DNA of 64,000 bases from an uncultured Chloroflexia bacterium (GCA_963697135.1 CAVOMZ010000016.1:152801-216800), one strand, 5' to 3'. Shown: positions 11,183 to 23,598, counted from the first letter of the stretch. The notes: generated from the sequence alone by a model not told the origin. Translations and numbers: made by a program.

Positions 11183-11347
11183 CGAGCCCGGGGCCCGTCG
11201 GCGAGCCCCGCGGCCCGCGCCCGCGCCCGCCGGCCCGACTCGGCAGATTCCGCTGACGAGCGCTGGGCTGGCCCCTCGGCGCAGCCTCCGAGTCCCGCGC
11301 CCGCGCTCTGCGGCGGCGGCCCGACTCGGCAGATTCCGCTGACGAGC
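11157..11347 (+). repeat. Three direct repeats of ~29 bp GCCCGA(G)CTCGGCAGATTCCGCTGACGAGC
   Basis: Copies at ~11157-11187, 11233-11261 and 11319-11347, separated by GC-rich 45- and 57-bp spacers. Confidence 0.9.
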
Positions 11348-11387
11348 GCGCGAAGGTCCTTCGCAAGGCAGAAACAGCCAATCTAGG

Positions 11388-12152
11388 TCAGCGAACGCCC
11401 GTTCCGGGACGACCTCCGTGCTCAGATCCGACCGTTCGATCCGCGGGAGCTGCCACTCCTGTGCGGCGACCGACCTGCGTGCGGCGTGGAGCGGAAACTG
11501 CCAAAAAGAGGAGCCCGGAGATCGACCCGCTCGGGGCCCGACACCAGGCTCGAACCTGCCGGGTGCGCAGCGGGTAGGCGCCGTCGATGATCGAAGCGAA
11601 CCGCGCGACCCTGCGGCGCTCGGTTCGACCCTCGGGCAGGATCAGGAGGCGGCCGACCGAGCTGGCTGGCCAGCCCAGCGATGTGGCGATTGTCGGCGCG
11701 AGGCGGACCTTCTCATCGTGCTTGCGCAGGGTGGCCTCGATCGAGGCGAGCTCGGACTTGACCTCGATCACCAGGAGGCAGCCGCTCGAAGCATGCCAGG
11801 CGAGGATGTCGACCGATCCGCGCTCGCCCCACTCGGAATACGACACCTCGGCTCTTGTCTGCCAGCCGAGGAGCTTCAACCAGGTGATGGCCGCAGCCAT
11901 GATCGACGCATGTCGCTCGTCGAGGAGGCGGTCGAGGTCTGCGCCGAGGCCCCACACGGAACCTTCGAACGACAGGCCGAAGACCGCCGTGATCCGGCGA
12001 ACGCTGGCGACGCCGACACCCTCGAGCCGACCCAGCTCCAGGTCCGAGATGACCGACCGCCCAAGGCCCGCGCGTTGCGCGAGGTCGACCTGCCGCCAGC
12101 CGCGCCGCAGCCGCAGCGCTCGGAGCAGGCGGCCGAGCTTCCGATCATCCAT
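11388..12152 (-). CDS. XRE-family HTH fused to a PD-(D/E)XK restriction-endonuclease-like domain
   Basis: N-terminal LRALRLRRGWRQVDLAQRAGLGRSVISDLELG (XRE HTH). C-terminal EVSYSEWGERGSVDILAWH...LLVIEVKS (D...E-x-K). Confidence 0.8.
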   Translation of the reverse strand: MDDRKLGRLLRALRLRRGWRQVDLAQRAGLGRSVISDLELGRLEGVGVASVRRITAVFGLSFEGSVWGLGADLDRLLDERHASIMAAAITWLKLLGWQTRAEVSYSEWGERGSVDILAWHASSGCLLVIEVKSELASIEATLRKHDEKVRLAPTIATSLGWPASSVGRLLILPEGRTERRRVARFASIIDGAYPLRTRQVRAWCRAPSGSISGLLFLAVSAPRRTQVGRRTGVAAPADRTVGSEHGGRPGTGVR

Positions 12153-12383
12153 CGTCGCCGAAGGATCGTCGGCCGCGGTTCGTTGGCGCTTATGAGGAAC
12201 CAGTCGTCCCATTCCGCCGTGCGCAGCACCGAGGCTGGTCGATCCAGCCTGTCGGGGGCCGTCTCACAGGGGACCGGCCAGCGCCTTCGAACGTCCTCGT
12301 GCTCATGGAAGGTCGGCTGGATAGAAGCTGGCAACCATCGCGCGCCGGCCGTCGGTCAGCCGCGAAGACCCAGGGGCGGCTCT

Positions 12384-12628
12384 GGGCGGAATGTGACGAG
12401 TTGCGGCACGGCGATGGCCCGCCGGACACCCAGTCGGTCGCGGGCGGCCGAGGGCGGAATGTGCCGTCTCGACGGGGTCGAGCGAGGCTCGGGACGATCC
12501 TCCAGACGGCCGAAGGCGGAATCTGCCGAATTCGGCGCAGCCGAATGTCCACTACGCGGCCGAGGGCGGAATCTGCCGATTCGGCGGAGCCGAATGTCCA
12601 CACGCGGCTACGAGCGGATTGTGCGGCG
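12384..12628 (+). repeat. About five copies of core GCGGAAT(C/G)TG(C/A)CG, the reverse complement of the 11157-11347 core; includes a ~50-bp tandem duplication
   Basis: Cores near 12386, 12454, 12516, 12566 and a degenerate one at 12614. The unit GGCCGA(A/G)GGCGGAATCTGCCGA(A)TTCGGCG.AGCCGAATGTCCAC occurs at 12508 and 12558. Confidence 0.85.
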
Positions 12629-12647
12629 CGCCTCGTGCGAATCCCCG

Positions 12648-12676
12648 TTGACTCTGCTCCGGACCACACCTATCCT
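12648..12676 (+). promoter_or_regulatory. Sigma70-type promoter for the APC permease operon
   Basis: TTGACT-17 nt-TATCCT. Confidence 0.55.
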
Positions 12677-12802
12677 GCGCCGCAAGCCTGTCCGATGAGG
12701 GAGCCGGACGGGTTGAATCCGGTGGTTCCTCGCGGCTCTTCGTGGGTCAGGGCCTGGCGCGACATCCCCCGGTCGACGCCCGGCGCAAGAGGAGGGTTGT
12801 TC

Positions 12803-14389
12803 GTGTCGGGTCCAACGAGCACCGCTGACCAGGCGGCGCGCGATGATGCGCACCTTGAAAGCCTGGGCATCAAGCCGGAGCTGAAACGGTCGCTCGGGTT
12901 CCTGTCGAACTTCGCGGTCGCGTTCAGCCTACATCAGCGTCTCGACCGGAACCTACACCCTGATCGGCCTTGGCCTGGCCGTCGGCGGCCCGTCGTTCTT
13001 CTGGTCCTGGCCGCTGGTCGTCCTGGGCCAGCTCTTCGTGGCCCTCAACTTCGCCGAGCTGTCGAGCCACTTCCCAGTCGCGGGTCGATCTACCAGTGGT
13101 CGAAGCGGCTCTCGAACCGGACCCTTGGCTTCTTCACCGGCTGGATCTATTTCTGGGCCGGCGTCCTGACCGTCACCGCCGTCGCGGCGACCGTGCCGCT
13201 CGTGCTGCTCGAGCATCTTCGGCTTCAGCCTCAGCGCGCCGTCACCCCTGCCGGCCGTCAATAACCTGATCTTCTGGGCCATCCTGACCCTGATCACGAC
13301 GACCCTGATCAACGGCTTCGGCGTACGGCTCCTGTCGATCATCAACAACCTGGGCGTCGCCGCCGAGATCGCCGGGAATGCTCGTCTTCGCCCTGATCCT
13401 GCTGATCTTCTTCCACAACCAGCCGTTGTCGGTTCTGACCACGACGGCAGGCCTGGAGAATCGAACCGGGCGGCAGCTACACCGCGGTCTTCCTGGTCGC
13501 GATGTTCATGTCCCTGTTCGTCATCTATGGCTTCGACACGGCCGGGACCTTCGGCGAGGAGACGGTCGATCCCGGCCGCCAGGCCCCGCGCGGGATCCTG
13601 GCCGCGATCCTGCTCTCGGGCGCGGTCGGCTTCGTCTTCCTGCTGGCGATCATCCTGTCGTTCAAGGATGTGCCGGCCGAGATCTCCTCGGCCAGGCCTC
13701 GGACTCCCGATCGGCGACACGATCCTGGCCAACATGAGGACTTCGGCAAGATCTACCTGGCGGTGATGCTCTCGCCGTGTTCGTCTGCACGATGGCGATC
13801 CAGGGTGCGACGACCCGCCTGATGTTCTCGATGGGCCGCGATCGGCGGATGCCCCTCGGCGGGATCTGGGGCCACGTCAACACCCGCTTCCGGACGCCGG
13901 CCAATGCCGCCATCGCGGTCGGCGTCCTGGCCGCGATCCCGTTCCTCGTGAGCGACAGCCCGGGCCACTCGCGATCGGCGCGACCGGCCTGATCTACCGA
14001 GCTACTTCCTGTGCAACTTCGGCGTCCTGCTGCGCCCGCTCGAAGGGCTGGCCGCACAGGGCGCCTGGTTCAAGCTCGGCAGCTGGGGCATCGTCATCAA
14101 CATCCTGCCTTGATCTGCGGCGGGATCATGATCGTGAACTTCGCCCTCTGGAACAATCCCGCCTTCGGCGACTGGGGCAACTCCCTGCGCGACCTCACCA
14201 ATCCGACGATCAATACGCTTTCGGTCCTGGGAAGCGAGACCGCTGACCGGATTGCCCGCCTGGCCGATCTTCGAGGTCTTCCTCGGGATCGTCCTGATCT
14301 TCGGCCTGATCTACTACCTGGCCGTGGCCCGCGGTCGGGCAGACACCGTCCAGGCCGACCTGGCCACCGGTGAGGCCACGATCGGCTGA
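12803..14389 (+). CDS. APC-family amino acid/amine permease (multiple frameshifts)
   Basis: GIKPELKRSLGFLSNFAVAFS, FAELSSHFP, GSIYQWSKRL, YGFDTAGTFGEET and RLMFSMGRD..P; AGGAGG SD. Confidence 0.85.
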
Positions 14390-14531
14390 GCCCGGCAGGC
14401 TCCAACGCAACCACGACGGTGCGGCGAGCGATTGCCGCGCCGTCGGCGCGTCATGGCCGAAGATATCTGGAGACGGCGGGGTAGCCGGGGAGCCCGAAGA
14501 TGATCCCGGCGCGACCGGACCAGGAGGCAGC

Positions 14532-15483
14532 ATGACCGAGCAGGACGCCGGATCGGGGGCGGGCGAGCGCCACGACGAGCTCGTCGCGGCGATGCAGCGC
14601 GTGCCCGAGCTCGCCGGGCGCCACCTGGCCCTGACCGCCCTGTCCGGCGGGATCACCAACCGGAACTTCCTGGTCGAAGTCGAGGGCGATCCCGAGCGCT
14701 ACGTGATCCGCCTCGCCGGCAACGACACCCACCTGCTCGGGATCAGCCGCGAGGTCGAGCAGGCGGCGACCGTGGCCGCCGCCGGCGTCGGGGTCGGACC
14801 CGAGGTCACGGCCTTCATCCGACCCGAAGGCCTGCTTGTGACCCGGTTCATCGTGGGCGAGCCGGTCAGCGATGAGGCGGTCCACCAGGCGGCCACGATC
14901 CGGCGGGTGGCCGACTCGATCCGCCGGTTCCACGACGGGCCGGCGATCCCGGGCCTGTTCATCCCGCTCCGGATCGTCGAGGCCTACCGCGCCCTGGCCG
15001 AGGCGCGAGGCGTGCCGATCCCGATCGAGTATGGCCTGGCTAGTGCCGTCGGCCGGCGGATCGAGCTGGCCCTGCTGAGCAACCCAATCGAGCTGCGGCC
15101 CTGCCACAACGACCTGCTCAACGGCAACTTCATCGACGACGGCCGGCGGATCCGGATTGTCGATTGGGAGTACGCCGGGATGGGCGATCCGTTCTTCGAC
15201 CTGGGCAACTTCAGCGTGAACCACAGCCTGACCTCCGACGAGGACCGGGTCCTGCTGGAGGCCTACGACCGCGGCCCGGCCCGACCCGACCGGCTGGGAC
15301 GGCTGGCCCTGATGCGGATCGTGTCCGACTTCCGGGAGGCGATGTGGGGGGTGCTCCAGCAGGGGGTGAGCACGCTCGACGTCGATTTCGTGGGCTACGC
15401 CGACGGAGCACTTCGAGCGGCTCCTGGCGAATGCCGCCGGGCCCGCTTTTGACCGGGCCCTGCACGACGCCGCCGATGCCTGA
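14532..15483 (+). CDS. Choline/ethanolamine kinase (APH-superfamily) protein
   Basis: LSGGITNRNF, Brenner motif CHNDLLNGNF and IVDWEYAGMGDPFFDL. Confidence 0.9.
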
Positions 15484-17936
15484 GGTCGCCGGCCAGACCC
15501 TCGAGCATGCCCGGGCCGTCGTCATCGGCGGCGGGATCACCGGCTGCAGCGTTGCCCTGCACCTGGCCGAGGCCGGCTGGACCGACGTCGTCCTGGTCGA
15601 GAAGGCCAGCCTCACCGCGGGCTCGACCTGCCACGCGGCCGGCCTCGTGACGGTCTTCAATCCGTCCTCGACGATGATGCGATTCCGGCGCTACAGCGTG
15701 GAGCTGTACGAACGGCTGGGGGTCTTCGAGCGGGTCGGCAGCCTGCGGCTCGCCTCGAGCCCGGAGCAGCTGCTCGAGCTCGAGCGGGCGGCCAGCCGGG
15801 CCCGCGGGATCGGGCTCGACGTCGGGGTCGTCTCGGCCGACGAGGCGCGCCGGCTGATGCCCGCGATCTCGCCCGATTCGCTCTACGGCGGGGTCTACCT
15901 GCCGGTCGATGGCCACCTCGATCCGCACCGGACGACCCATGCCGTGGCCGATGCGGCCCGGGCTCTCGGGGTCAGGATCCGGACCGGGCTGCGGGTGACC
16001 GGGATCGAGCTGACCGCCCGGCGGGCGATCCGGGCGGTCCTGACCGAGCAGGGCCGGATCGAGACCGAGCTGGTCGTCGACGCGGCCGGGATCTGGGCCC
16101 CCCAGGTGGCCGCCATGGCCGGTGGCTTCATCCCGTCAACGCCGGTCGACCACCAGCACATCGCCGTTCGAGCCGTGCCCGGCCACGAGCTGCCGGCGGA
16201 CATGCCCTGCTTCCGGGATCCCGACAACCTCGTCTACGGCAAGAGCGAGCAGGGCGGGATGCTCTTCGGCGGGTACGAGCTCGATCCGGTCAGCCGCTGG
16301 GAGGACGGCGTCCCGTGGAACCATGCGGCCCAGTCCCTGCCGCCCGACTTCGAGCGCTTCCGGCCGCTCATGGCCGGGGCGATCCGGCGCTTCCCGTTCC
16401 TGGCCGACGCCGAGGTCGTCCGGCTGGTGTGCCATCCCGACGCGATGACGCCCGACGCGAATCCGCTCGTCGGCCCCCTGCCCGGGGTCGAGGGCTTCTG
16501 GGTGGCCGCCGGCCTGTCGCTCAACGGCTTCGGCGGAGGCGGCGGGATCGGCCGGGCGCTGGCGGGCTGGATCACGGCCGGCGATCCGGGCGTGGACATC
16601 GGCCCGTACCGGGCGAGCCGGTTCGCCGAGACCTACCGGGATCCGGTCTTCGCGGCCGGCCTGGCCCGCGAGACGTACAGCGACTACTACCGGCTGCGCT
16701 ATCCCTACGATGCCGACGTCGCCGGCCGGCCGCGCCGGCTCTCGGCCCTCCACGGTCGCCTCCAGGAGCTCGGCGCGGTCTTCGGCACGAAGGCCGGCTG
16801 GGAGCGGCCCGACCACCTCGATCCGGGCCGGCCGTGGCGCCGGGCCGAGCGCGACCAGGCAGCCTGGGGCTGGACCCGGCCGCCCTGGTTCGAGCGGGTC
16901 AACGCCGAGGCGCTGGCCGTGCGCGAGCGGGCCGGCCTGATCGACCTGAGCTCATTCGGCAAGATCGCCGTCGAGCGGACCCGGTGCGCTCGGTCTGCTC
17001 CAGCGGGTGGCCGCCAACAACGTCGATCGGCCGGTCGGCAGCCTGACCTACAGCCAGCTCCTCGACGACCGGGGCGGGATCGTGGCCGACGTGACGATCA
17101 GCCGGCTGGGCGAGGAGCGCTTCCGGGTCGTGACCGGGGCCGGGTCGGTCGCCGATGGACCTGGCCTGGCTGCGCAGCCGGCTCGAGCCGGGCGACCGGC
17201 CGGTCGTCCTGCGCGACGAGAGCGACGAGCGTGGCGGTGATCGGGCTGTGGGGCCCCCGGGCCCGGGCCGATCCTCGAGGCGGTGGCCGAGGGCGACGTC
17301 TCGGATGCCGGCCCTGCCGCTCCGCCGAGCGGGCGAGATCCGGATCGGCGGAGCGCCGGTCCTGGCCGCCCGGATCAGCTACGCCGGCGAGCTCGGCTGG
17401 GAGCTCTACGTCGAGCGAGCCTGGGCGACCCAGGCCTGGGACGCCCTGCTCGAGGCCGGCGGCCCGGCCGGGCTCGAACCGTTCGGCTACCGGGCCCTCG
17501 AGTCGCTCCGGATGGAGAAGGGCTACCGCTACTTCGGGACCGAGCTGACGATGCTCGACAGCCCGTTCGAGGCCGGCCTCGGCGCCTTCGTGCGCTGGGA
17601 CAAGGGTCCGTTCGTCGGGCGCGACGCCCTCCGCGACCGGCTCGATGCCGAGTCCGAGGGGACGGCCCGCCGGCTGACGACGATCCTGATCGGCGGCGGC
17701 CGACTACGTCAGGGTCTACGGCGGAGAGGCGGTCCGGCTCGGCGGCGAGGTCGCCGGCCGGCTGCGCAGCGTGGCCTACGGCCCGACCATCGGGCGAACG
17801 ATCGGCACGGTCTACCTGCCGGCCGGACCTGGCCCTCGGCACCCCGGTCGAGGTCGATGTCTTCGGTGAGCGGCTGCCGGCCGAGGTTGCGGCCAGCGTC
17901 CAGGTCGACCCGGCCGGCCTCCGGATGCGGGGCTAG
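15476..17936 (+). CDS. GcvT-fused FAD-dependent oxidoreductase (dimethylglycine/sarcosine dehydrogenase family), copy 1 (frameshifted)
   Basis: VIGGGITG, GSTCHAAG, DLSSFGK, ISYAGELGWELY and ESLRMEKGYR. Confidence 0.9.
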
Positions 17937-17961
17937 GGCCGCCGGGCCGCCCCGGCGAGAT

Positions 17962-18888
17962 CTACACGACCGCCCCCAGGCGGGCCTCGAAATCGGGGCT
18001 GGCCAGGCCGCTCGAGGCCCGGCCCCAGCGCTCCTCGGCCCAGCCCCAGAAGTCGTAGTCGATCGGCGAGATCCGGGCCTGGATCGCCGCCCACAGGGTC
18101 CAGCCCACGTCCGACATGATCATCTGGAGCTGCATCCGGGCGAGCATTCGATCGAGGGTGGTCGAATCCGCCGGCTCGAAGTAGGCCCGGCACAGCTCGG
18201 CCACCCGGGCGTCGTCGAAGCCCAGCTCCTGGCAGGTGTTGCCGAGCTCAAAGGTCGGGTCGTTGTTGCCGCTGTATTCGTAGTCGACGATCCACAGGCG
18301 CCGGCCGTCGTCGAGGTAGTTCTCGGCCAGCAGGTCGTTGTGGCAGGGCCGGCTGGGCAGCGGCCGGGCGGCCAGGGCCGTCTCGATCCGCCCGACGAGC
18401 GGCAGGTGCTCGCTGAAGCCGGCCGGGATCGTCACGTCGCGCTGGGCGACCACGCCGAGGTAGAACTCGGTCAGCCGGAACATGTCGAAGTCGAGGGCGA
18501 AGCGCGGCCCAGCGTGGAGCTGCCGGAGGACCGTCCCGATCCGGGCCGGGCTGTCGGCGGCCGCGAACGCCTCGTTCGACATCGTCCGGCCGGGCAGCCA
18601 CTCGAGGACCATCACGTTCCATTCGGCGAGCAGGTCGAGGACCCGGGGCCCGACCCCGGCAAGGGCCGCTGCCCGGGTGTTGTGGAGCTCGTTCGCCCGG
18701 TCGATCGCGAGGAGCTCGGTGGCCGGTCCGGGCACCCGGACGAAGCAGGGCGCCCCGTCGACGTCGACCCGGTAGTTCCGGTTCGTCAGGCCCCCGCCGA
18801 TCGGTTCGACGCGGACCTCGTGCCCGCTGCCAGGCCGGGATCGCCTCGATCACGGCCTCGATCGAGGGCCTCCTGCGCTCGTCGGCAT
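17962..18888 (-). CDS. Second choline/ethanolamine kinase family protein (frameshifted N-terminus)
   Basis: GGLTNRNY, CHNDLLAENY and IVDYEYSGNNDPTFEL. Confidence 0.85.
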
Positions 18889-18987
18889 GCGGGCCATTCT
18901 GGCAGCCGATACCCTAGCCGGCAGGGCTTCCCCGCCCGCCGCTCAGGCGATCCGAGCCGATTGATCCGCGCAGAGGAGCACGCCCCG

Positions 18988-21449
18988 ATGGACCAGGCCC
19001 AGGCGGTGATCATCGGCGGCGGCGTCGGCGGGACGAGCATCGCCTACCACCTGGCCGAGCGCGGCTGGCGCGACGTGACCCTGGTCGATCGGGCCGAGCT
19101 CACCTCAGGCTCCACGTTCCATTCGGCCGGCCTCGTGGGCCAGCTTCGCTCGAGCGTGACCCTGACCCGGATGATGATGTACAGCGTCGAGCTGTACCGC
19201 CGCCTGAAGGACGAGACCGGGCACGGATCCGAGCTGGCACGAGGTCGGTTCGCTCCGCCTCGCCTCGAGCCCGGCCCGGCTCGAGGAGCTGGCCCGGCAG
19301 GCCGGCTGGGCCAAGACCTTCGGCTTGCCGCTCGAGCTGATCGGGCCGGACGAGGCCGGTGATCTGTTCCCGCTCATGTCGCTCGACGGCGTCCTCGGAG
19401 CGGTCTACCTGCCGACCGATGGCTGGCTCGACCCGTCCGGCCTGGCCTTGGCCCTGGCCGCCGGGGCCCGCTCCAGGGGCGTCCGGATCGAGACCGGCAC
19501 CCGGGTCATCGGGATCGACGTGACGGATGGCCGGGTCAGCGGGGTCCAGGTCGAGAAGGGCGGCGAGCGCCGGACGATCCGGGCCGACGTCGTGGTCAAT
19601 GCCGGCGGCATGTTCGCTCCGGAGATCGGGCGGCTGGCCGGGGTGAACGTCCCGATCATCCCGATGGCCCATGAATACCTGTTCACCGAGCGGATCGAGG
19701 GGGTTACCCCGAGCCTGCCGACGATGCGCGACCCCGACCACCTGTGCTACTTCCGCGAGGAGGTCGGCGGGCTGTGCATGGGTGGCTACGAGCGTCACCC
19801 CGCGCCGTGGTCCCTGGACGGCGTGCCGGCCGACTTCAACGGCAAGCTGCTCGCCCCGGACTGGCCGCGCTTCGCCGAGATCATGGACGGCGCGGTCCAC
19901 CGGGTCCCGCCGATCGCCGACGCCGGGATCAACCGGATGATCAACGGTCCCGAGGGCTTTACCCCGGACAACGAGTTCATCCTGGGCGAGAGCGAGGTCC
20001 GGGGCTTCTTCGTCGCGGCCGGCTTCTGTGCCCACGGGATCGCCGGGGCCGGCGGGATCGGCCGCCAGGTCGCCAGCTGGATCGTCGACGGCGAGCCGGA
20101 GCTCGACCTCTGGAAGATGGACATCCGCCGGTTCGGTGGGCAGTACCGCTCGCAGGCCTACACCCTGGCCCGGACGGTCGAGGTCTACCAGCAGTACTAC
20201 GACATCCACTACCCGAACGAGGAGCGCCAGGCCGGCCGGCCCCTCCGCCTGTCGCCGGCCTACGGCCGGCTGGCCGAGCTCGGCGCGGTCTTCGGCGAGC
20301 GCTCGGGCTGGGAGCGGCCGAACTGGTTCGCCTCGAACGAGCCGCAGGGCGACGAGTCCCTCCGCCCCCGCGGCTGGGCCGGCGAGAACTGGTCGCGCGG
20401 CGATCGGCGCCGAGGCCCTGGCGACTCGCCGGGCCGCCGGCCTGTTCGACGAATCGAGCTTCGCCAAGATCGAGATCGCCGGGCCGGGCGCGGCCGACTT
20501 CCTGGGCCGGCTGTGCGCCAACGAGGTCGATCGCGAGGTCGGCACGATCGTCTACACCCAGATGCTCAATCAGCGCGGCGGGATCGAGACGGACTTCACG
20601 GTCACCCGCCTGGCCGACCGACCGGTTCCTGATCGTGACCGGGACCGCCTTCGGCAACCACGACCTGGGCTGGATCCGCAAGCAGCTCGACGACGACCCG
20701 GCTGCCCGCGGCCGGGTCCTGCTCAACGACCTGACCTCGGCCCTGGCCTGCTTCGGCCTGTGGGGCCCGAACGCGCGGACGATCCTCGGGAGCGTCACGC
20801 GCGATGACCTCAGACCCGACGGCTTCCCGTACCTGAGCGCCCGCCGGATCACCGTCGGCAACGTCCCGGTCCTCGCCCTCCGGGTGACCTACGTCGGCGA
20901 GCTCGGCTGGGAGCTCTACCCCCCGAGCGAGTACGGGGCGAGCCTGTGGGACAGCCTGTGGGCGGCCGGCGCGGGCCACGGCCTCGTCGCCGGCGGCTAC
21001 CGGGCGATCGACGCCCTGCGGCTCGAGAAGGGCTACCGGGTCTGGTCGAGCGACATCACCCCGGACGAGACGCCCTGGGAGGCCGGTCTCGGCTTCGCCG
21101 TGCGGCTGGCCGGCCGGGACGGCGGCCGCGCTCGTTCATCGGCCGGGAGGCCCTGGTCGAGGCCAAGGCCGCCGGGGCCCGCAAGCGGCTGCGCTGCCTC
21201 GTCCTCGAGGATCCCCGCTCGGTCTGCCTCGGCAACGAGCCCGTCCGGGTCGGCGATGCGATCGTCGGCCGGGTCACCAGCGGCGGCTACGGCTTCGCCG
21301 TCGAGCGCTCGATCGCCTACGCCTACCTGCCGCCCGACCAGGCCGCGATCGGAACCCGGGGCGAGATCGAGGTCTTCGGCCAATGGATCGGCTTCGAGGT
21401 GGCCGCCGAGCCGTTGTACGACCCGGCCGGCGAGCGGCTCCGGGCGTGA
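18988..21449 (+). CDS. GcvT-fused FAD-dependent oxidoreductase, copy 2 (frameshifted)
   Basis: IIGGGVGG, GSTFHSAG, INGPEGFTPD, GWERPNWF, VTYVGELGWELY and DALRLEKGYR. Confidence 0.9.
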
Positions 21450-22453
21450 GCAGCGAGGCTCGCTTCGACCCGGCGATTGCCGACGCCGTGGCCGCCGGGC
21501 CGGCCTGGAGCGCCGGCCGGGCCCGGGCCAGTGCGCGCCGAGCTCGAGGCCTGGCTGGAGTTTGCCCAGGCGGCCTGCGATGCCGCCGACGCTGGTCTCG
21601 CTCGGCCACTTCCGGCGCGACCTCGAGGTGATGACCAAGCCCGACCACTCGTTCGTCACGGTCGCCGACCAGGCCGTCGAGCGACTGATCCGGGAACGGA
21701 TCCAGGCCGCCTACCCGGATCACGGCCTGGTCGGCGAGGAGTACGGCCCCGAGGGCCAGGCCGCCAGATGCCGCTGGTACATCGACCCGATCGACGGGAC
21801 CCACAACTACATCCGCGGGAGTGCCCCTGTTCGGGACGCTCCTGGCCCTCGAGGTCGACGGCGAGCTCCAGCTCGGGGTCATCTCGGCTCCGGCCCTCCG
21901 TGAGCGCTGGTACGCCCGGCGGGGCGGGGGAGCGTGGGCCGTCGGCGCCGCCGGCCAGGAGGCGGCCCGGGCGATCCAGGTCTCGGGCATCTCGACCCTG
22001 GCCGACGCCCAGGTCCTGTACGGCTCGGCCCACGACATCGAGGCGTCGGGCCTGGCGCCCGGCTTCAACGACCTGCTCGGGCGGGTCTGGCGGGACCGCG
22101 GCTTCGGCGACTTCTGGGGCTACGCCCTGCTCGCCGAGGGAGCCGCGGAGGCCTGCATCGAGGTCGAGCTGTCGGCCTGGGACATGGCCGCCCCGCTCGT
22201 CCTGGTCGAGGAGGCCGGCGGGCGGGTGACCGACTTCGCCGGCCGTCGGCTGATCGACTCGGGCACCCTGATCGCGACGAACGGCCTCCTCCACGACGTG
22301 ATCCTGGCGGAGGTCACCGGCGGTCCGGCTGATCGGCGTACCGATGACCCGCCCGGTCCGGGACGATCGGATGCGGTCGAGCGTCGCCGCCCCGGGCTAC
22401 CCTCGGGGCGATGGAACGAAATCGCCGCCAGCTGGGGTTCGGCCTGGCCGTGA
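21446..22453 (+). CDS. Inositol monophosphatase family, histidinol-phosphate phosphatase (HisN-like); end approximate
   Basis: VGEEYG, WYIDPIDGTHNY, RGFGDFWGY and WDMAAP..LVEEAGG. Confidence 0.8.
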
Positions 22454-23588
22454 TCGCGGCCCTGATCGCGGCCTGCGCCCCGACCGCCCTGGGGCCTGGC
22501 TCGAGCTCCGGATCGAACACCGCCGACCTGGCCGTCGGCGCCGGCCTCGCCCCCGGGACGTTTGCCTCGAACGCTCCGGGCAGCCCGCCGTCACCCGCCG
22601 GCGAGCGGCCCCGGCAGCCTCGGGCAGCCGGCCCGACCGGCCCGAGCGGGCCGGCCGCTACGACCCGGCCGACGGCGCGCCCGATCCCGATCGCGACCCC
22701 GGTGGCGACGGCCAAGCCGCGCGCCGACGGCCGACGCCCAAACCGACGCCCAAGCCGGTCGCCCCGCCGTCCCTGGCGAACTGCGAGATCTTCCCCGACT
22801 CGAACTGGTGGAACCAGCCGGTGACCGGCCTGCCCGTGGCCAGCGACTCGGCCACGATGATCGCCGCGATCGGCAAGAGCATCGGGCTCCATCCCGGACT
22901 TCGGCTCGTACGCCGGCTACGGCATCCCGTACAACATCGTGGGCAGCTCGACCCCGCGCTCGACGGTCACCTTCCAGTACAGCGACGAATCGGACCACGT
23001 GGGCTACCCGATCCCGGCCAGCCCGAAGATCGAGGCCGGCTCGGACCGCCACCTCCTGATGGTCGACACGAGCGCCTGCCGGCTGTACGAGCTGTATGAC
23101 GCGACGAAGTCGGGCAGCACCTGGCAGGCCGGATCGGGGGCGACCTGGAGCCTGACCTCGAATGCCCTCCGCCCGGCCGGCTGGACCAGCGCCGACGCGG
23201 CCGGCCTGCCGATCTTCCCCGGCCTGGCCCGCTACGACGAGGACAGCGCGGGGGTGATCGATCACGCCCTCCGCTTCACCGCCCCGAAGTCCTGCGCGGG
23301 CTACGTCACGCCGGCCCGCCACGAGGCCGGCAGCGGCTCATGCAGCGTCGAGCCGCCGATGGGCCTGCGGGTCCGGCTGAAGGCTTCCGTTCGACATCTC
23401 CGGGTTCTCGGCCCAGACCCGGGTGATCCTCCAGGCCCTCAAGACCTACGGCATGATCCTGGCCGACAACGGTTCGGCCGTGGTACATCAGCGGCGCGTC
23501 CGACCCGCACTGGAACGACGACGTGCTCCACAGCCTGAACCAGATCACCGGCTCCGACTTCGAGGTCGTCGACGCCTCGGGCCTGTAG
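22411..23588 (+). CDS. Conserved hypothetical lipoprotein with Pro/Thr-rich stalk (frameshifted)
   Basis: Lipobox IAAC. Domain CEIFPDSNWWN...GSDRHLLMVD...WTSADAAGLPIFPGL...HALRFT...PPMGLRVRLK. Confidence 0.65.
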
Positions 23589-23598
23589 CCGCGCGCCC

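Noticed and set aside
11157-11347. Canonical CRISPR array
   Set aside because: Only 3 repeats, unequal and mutually similar spacers, no cas genes and no AT-rich leader.
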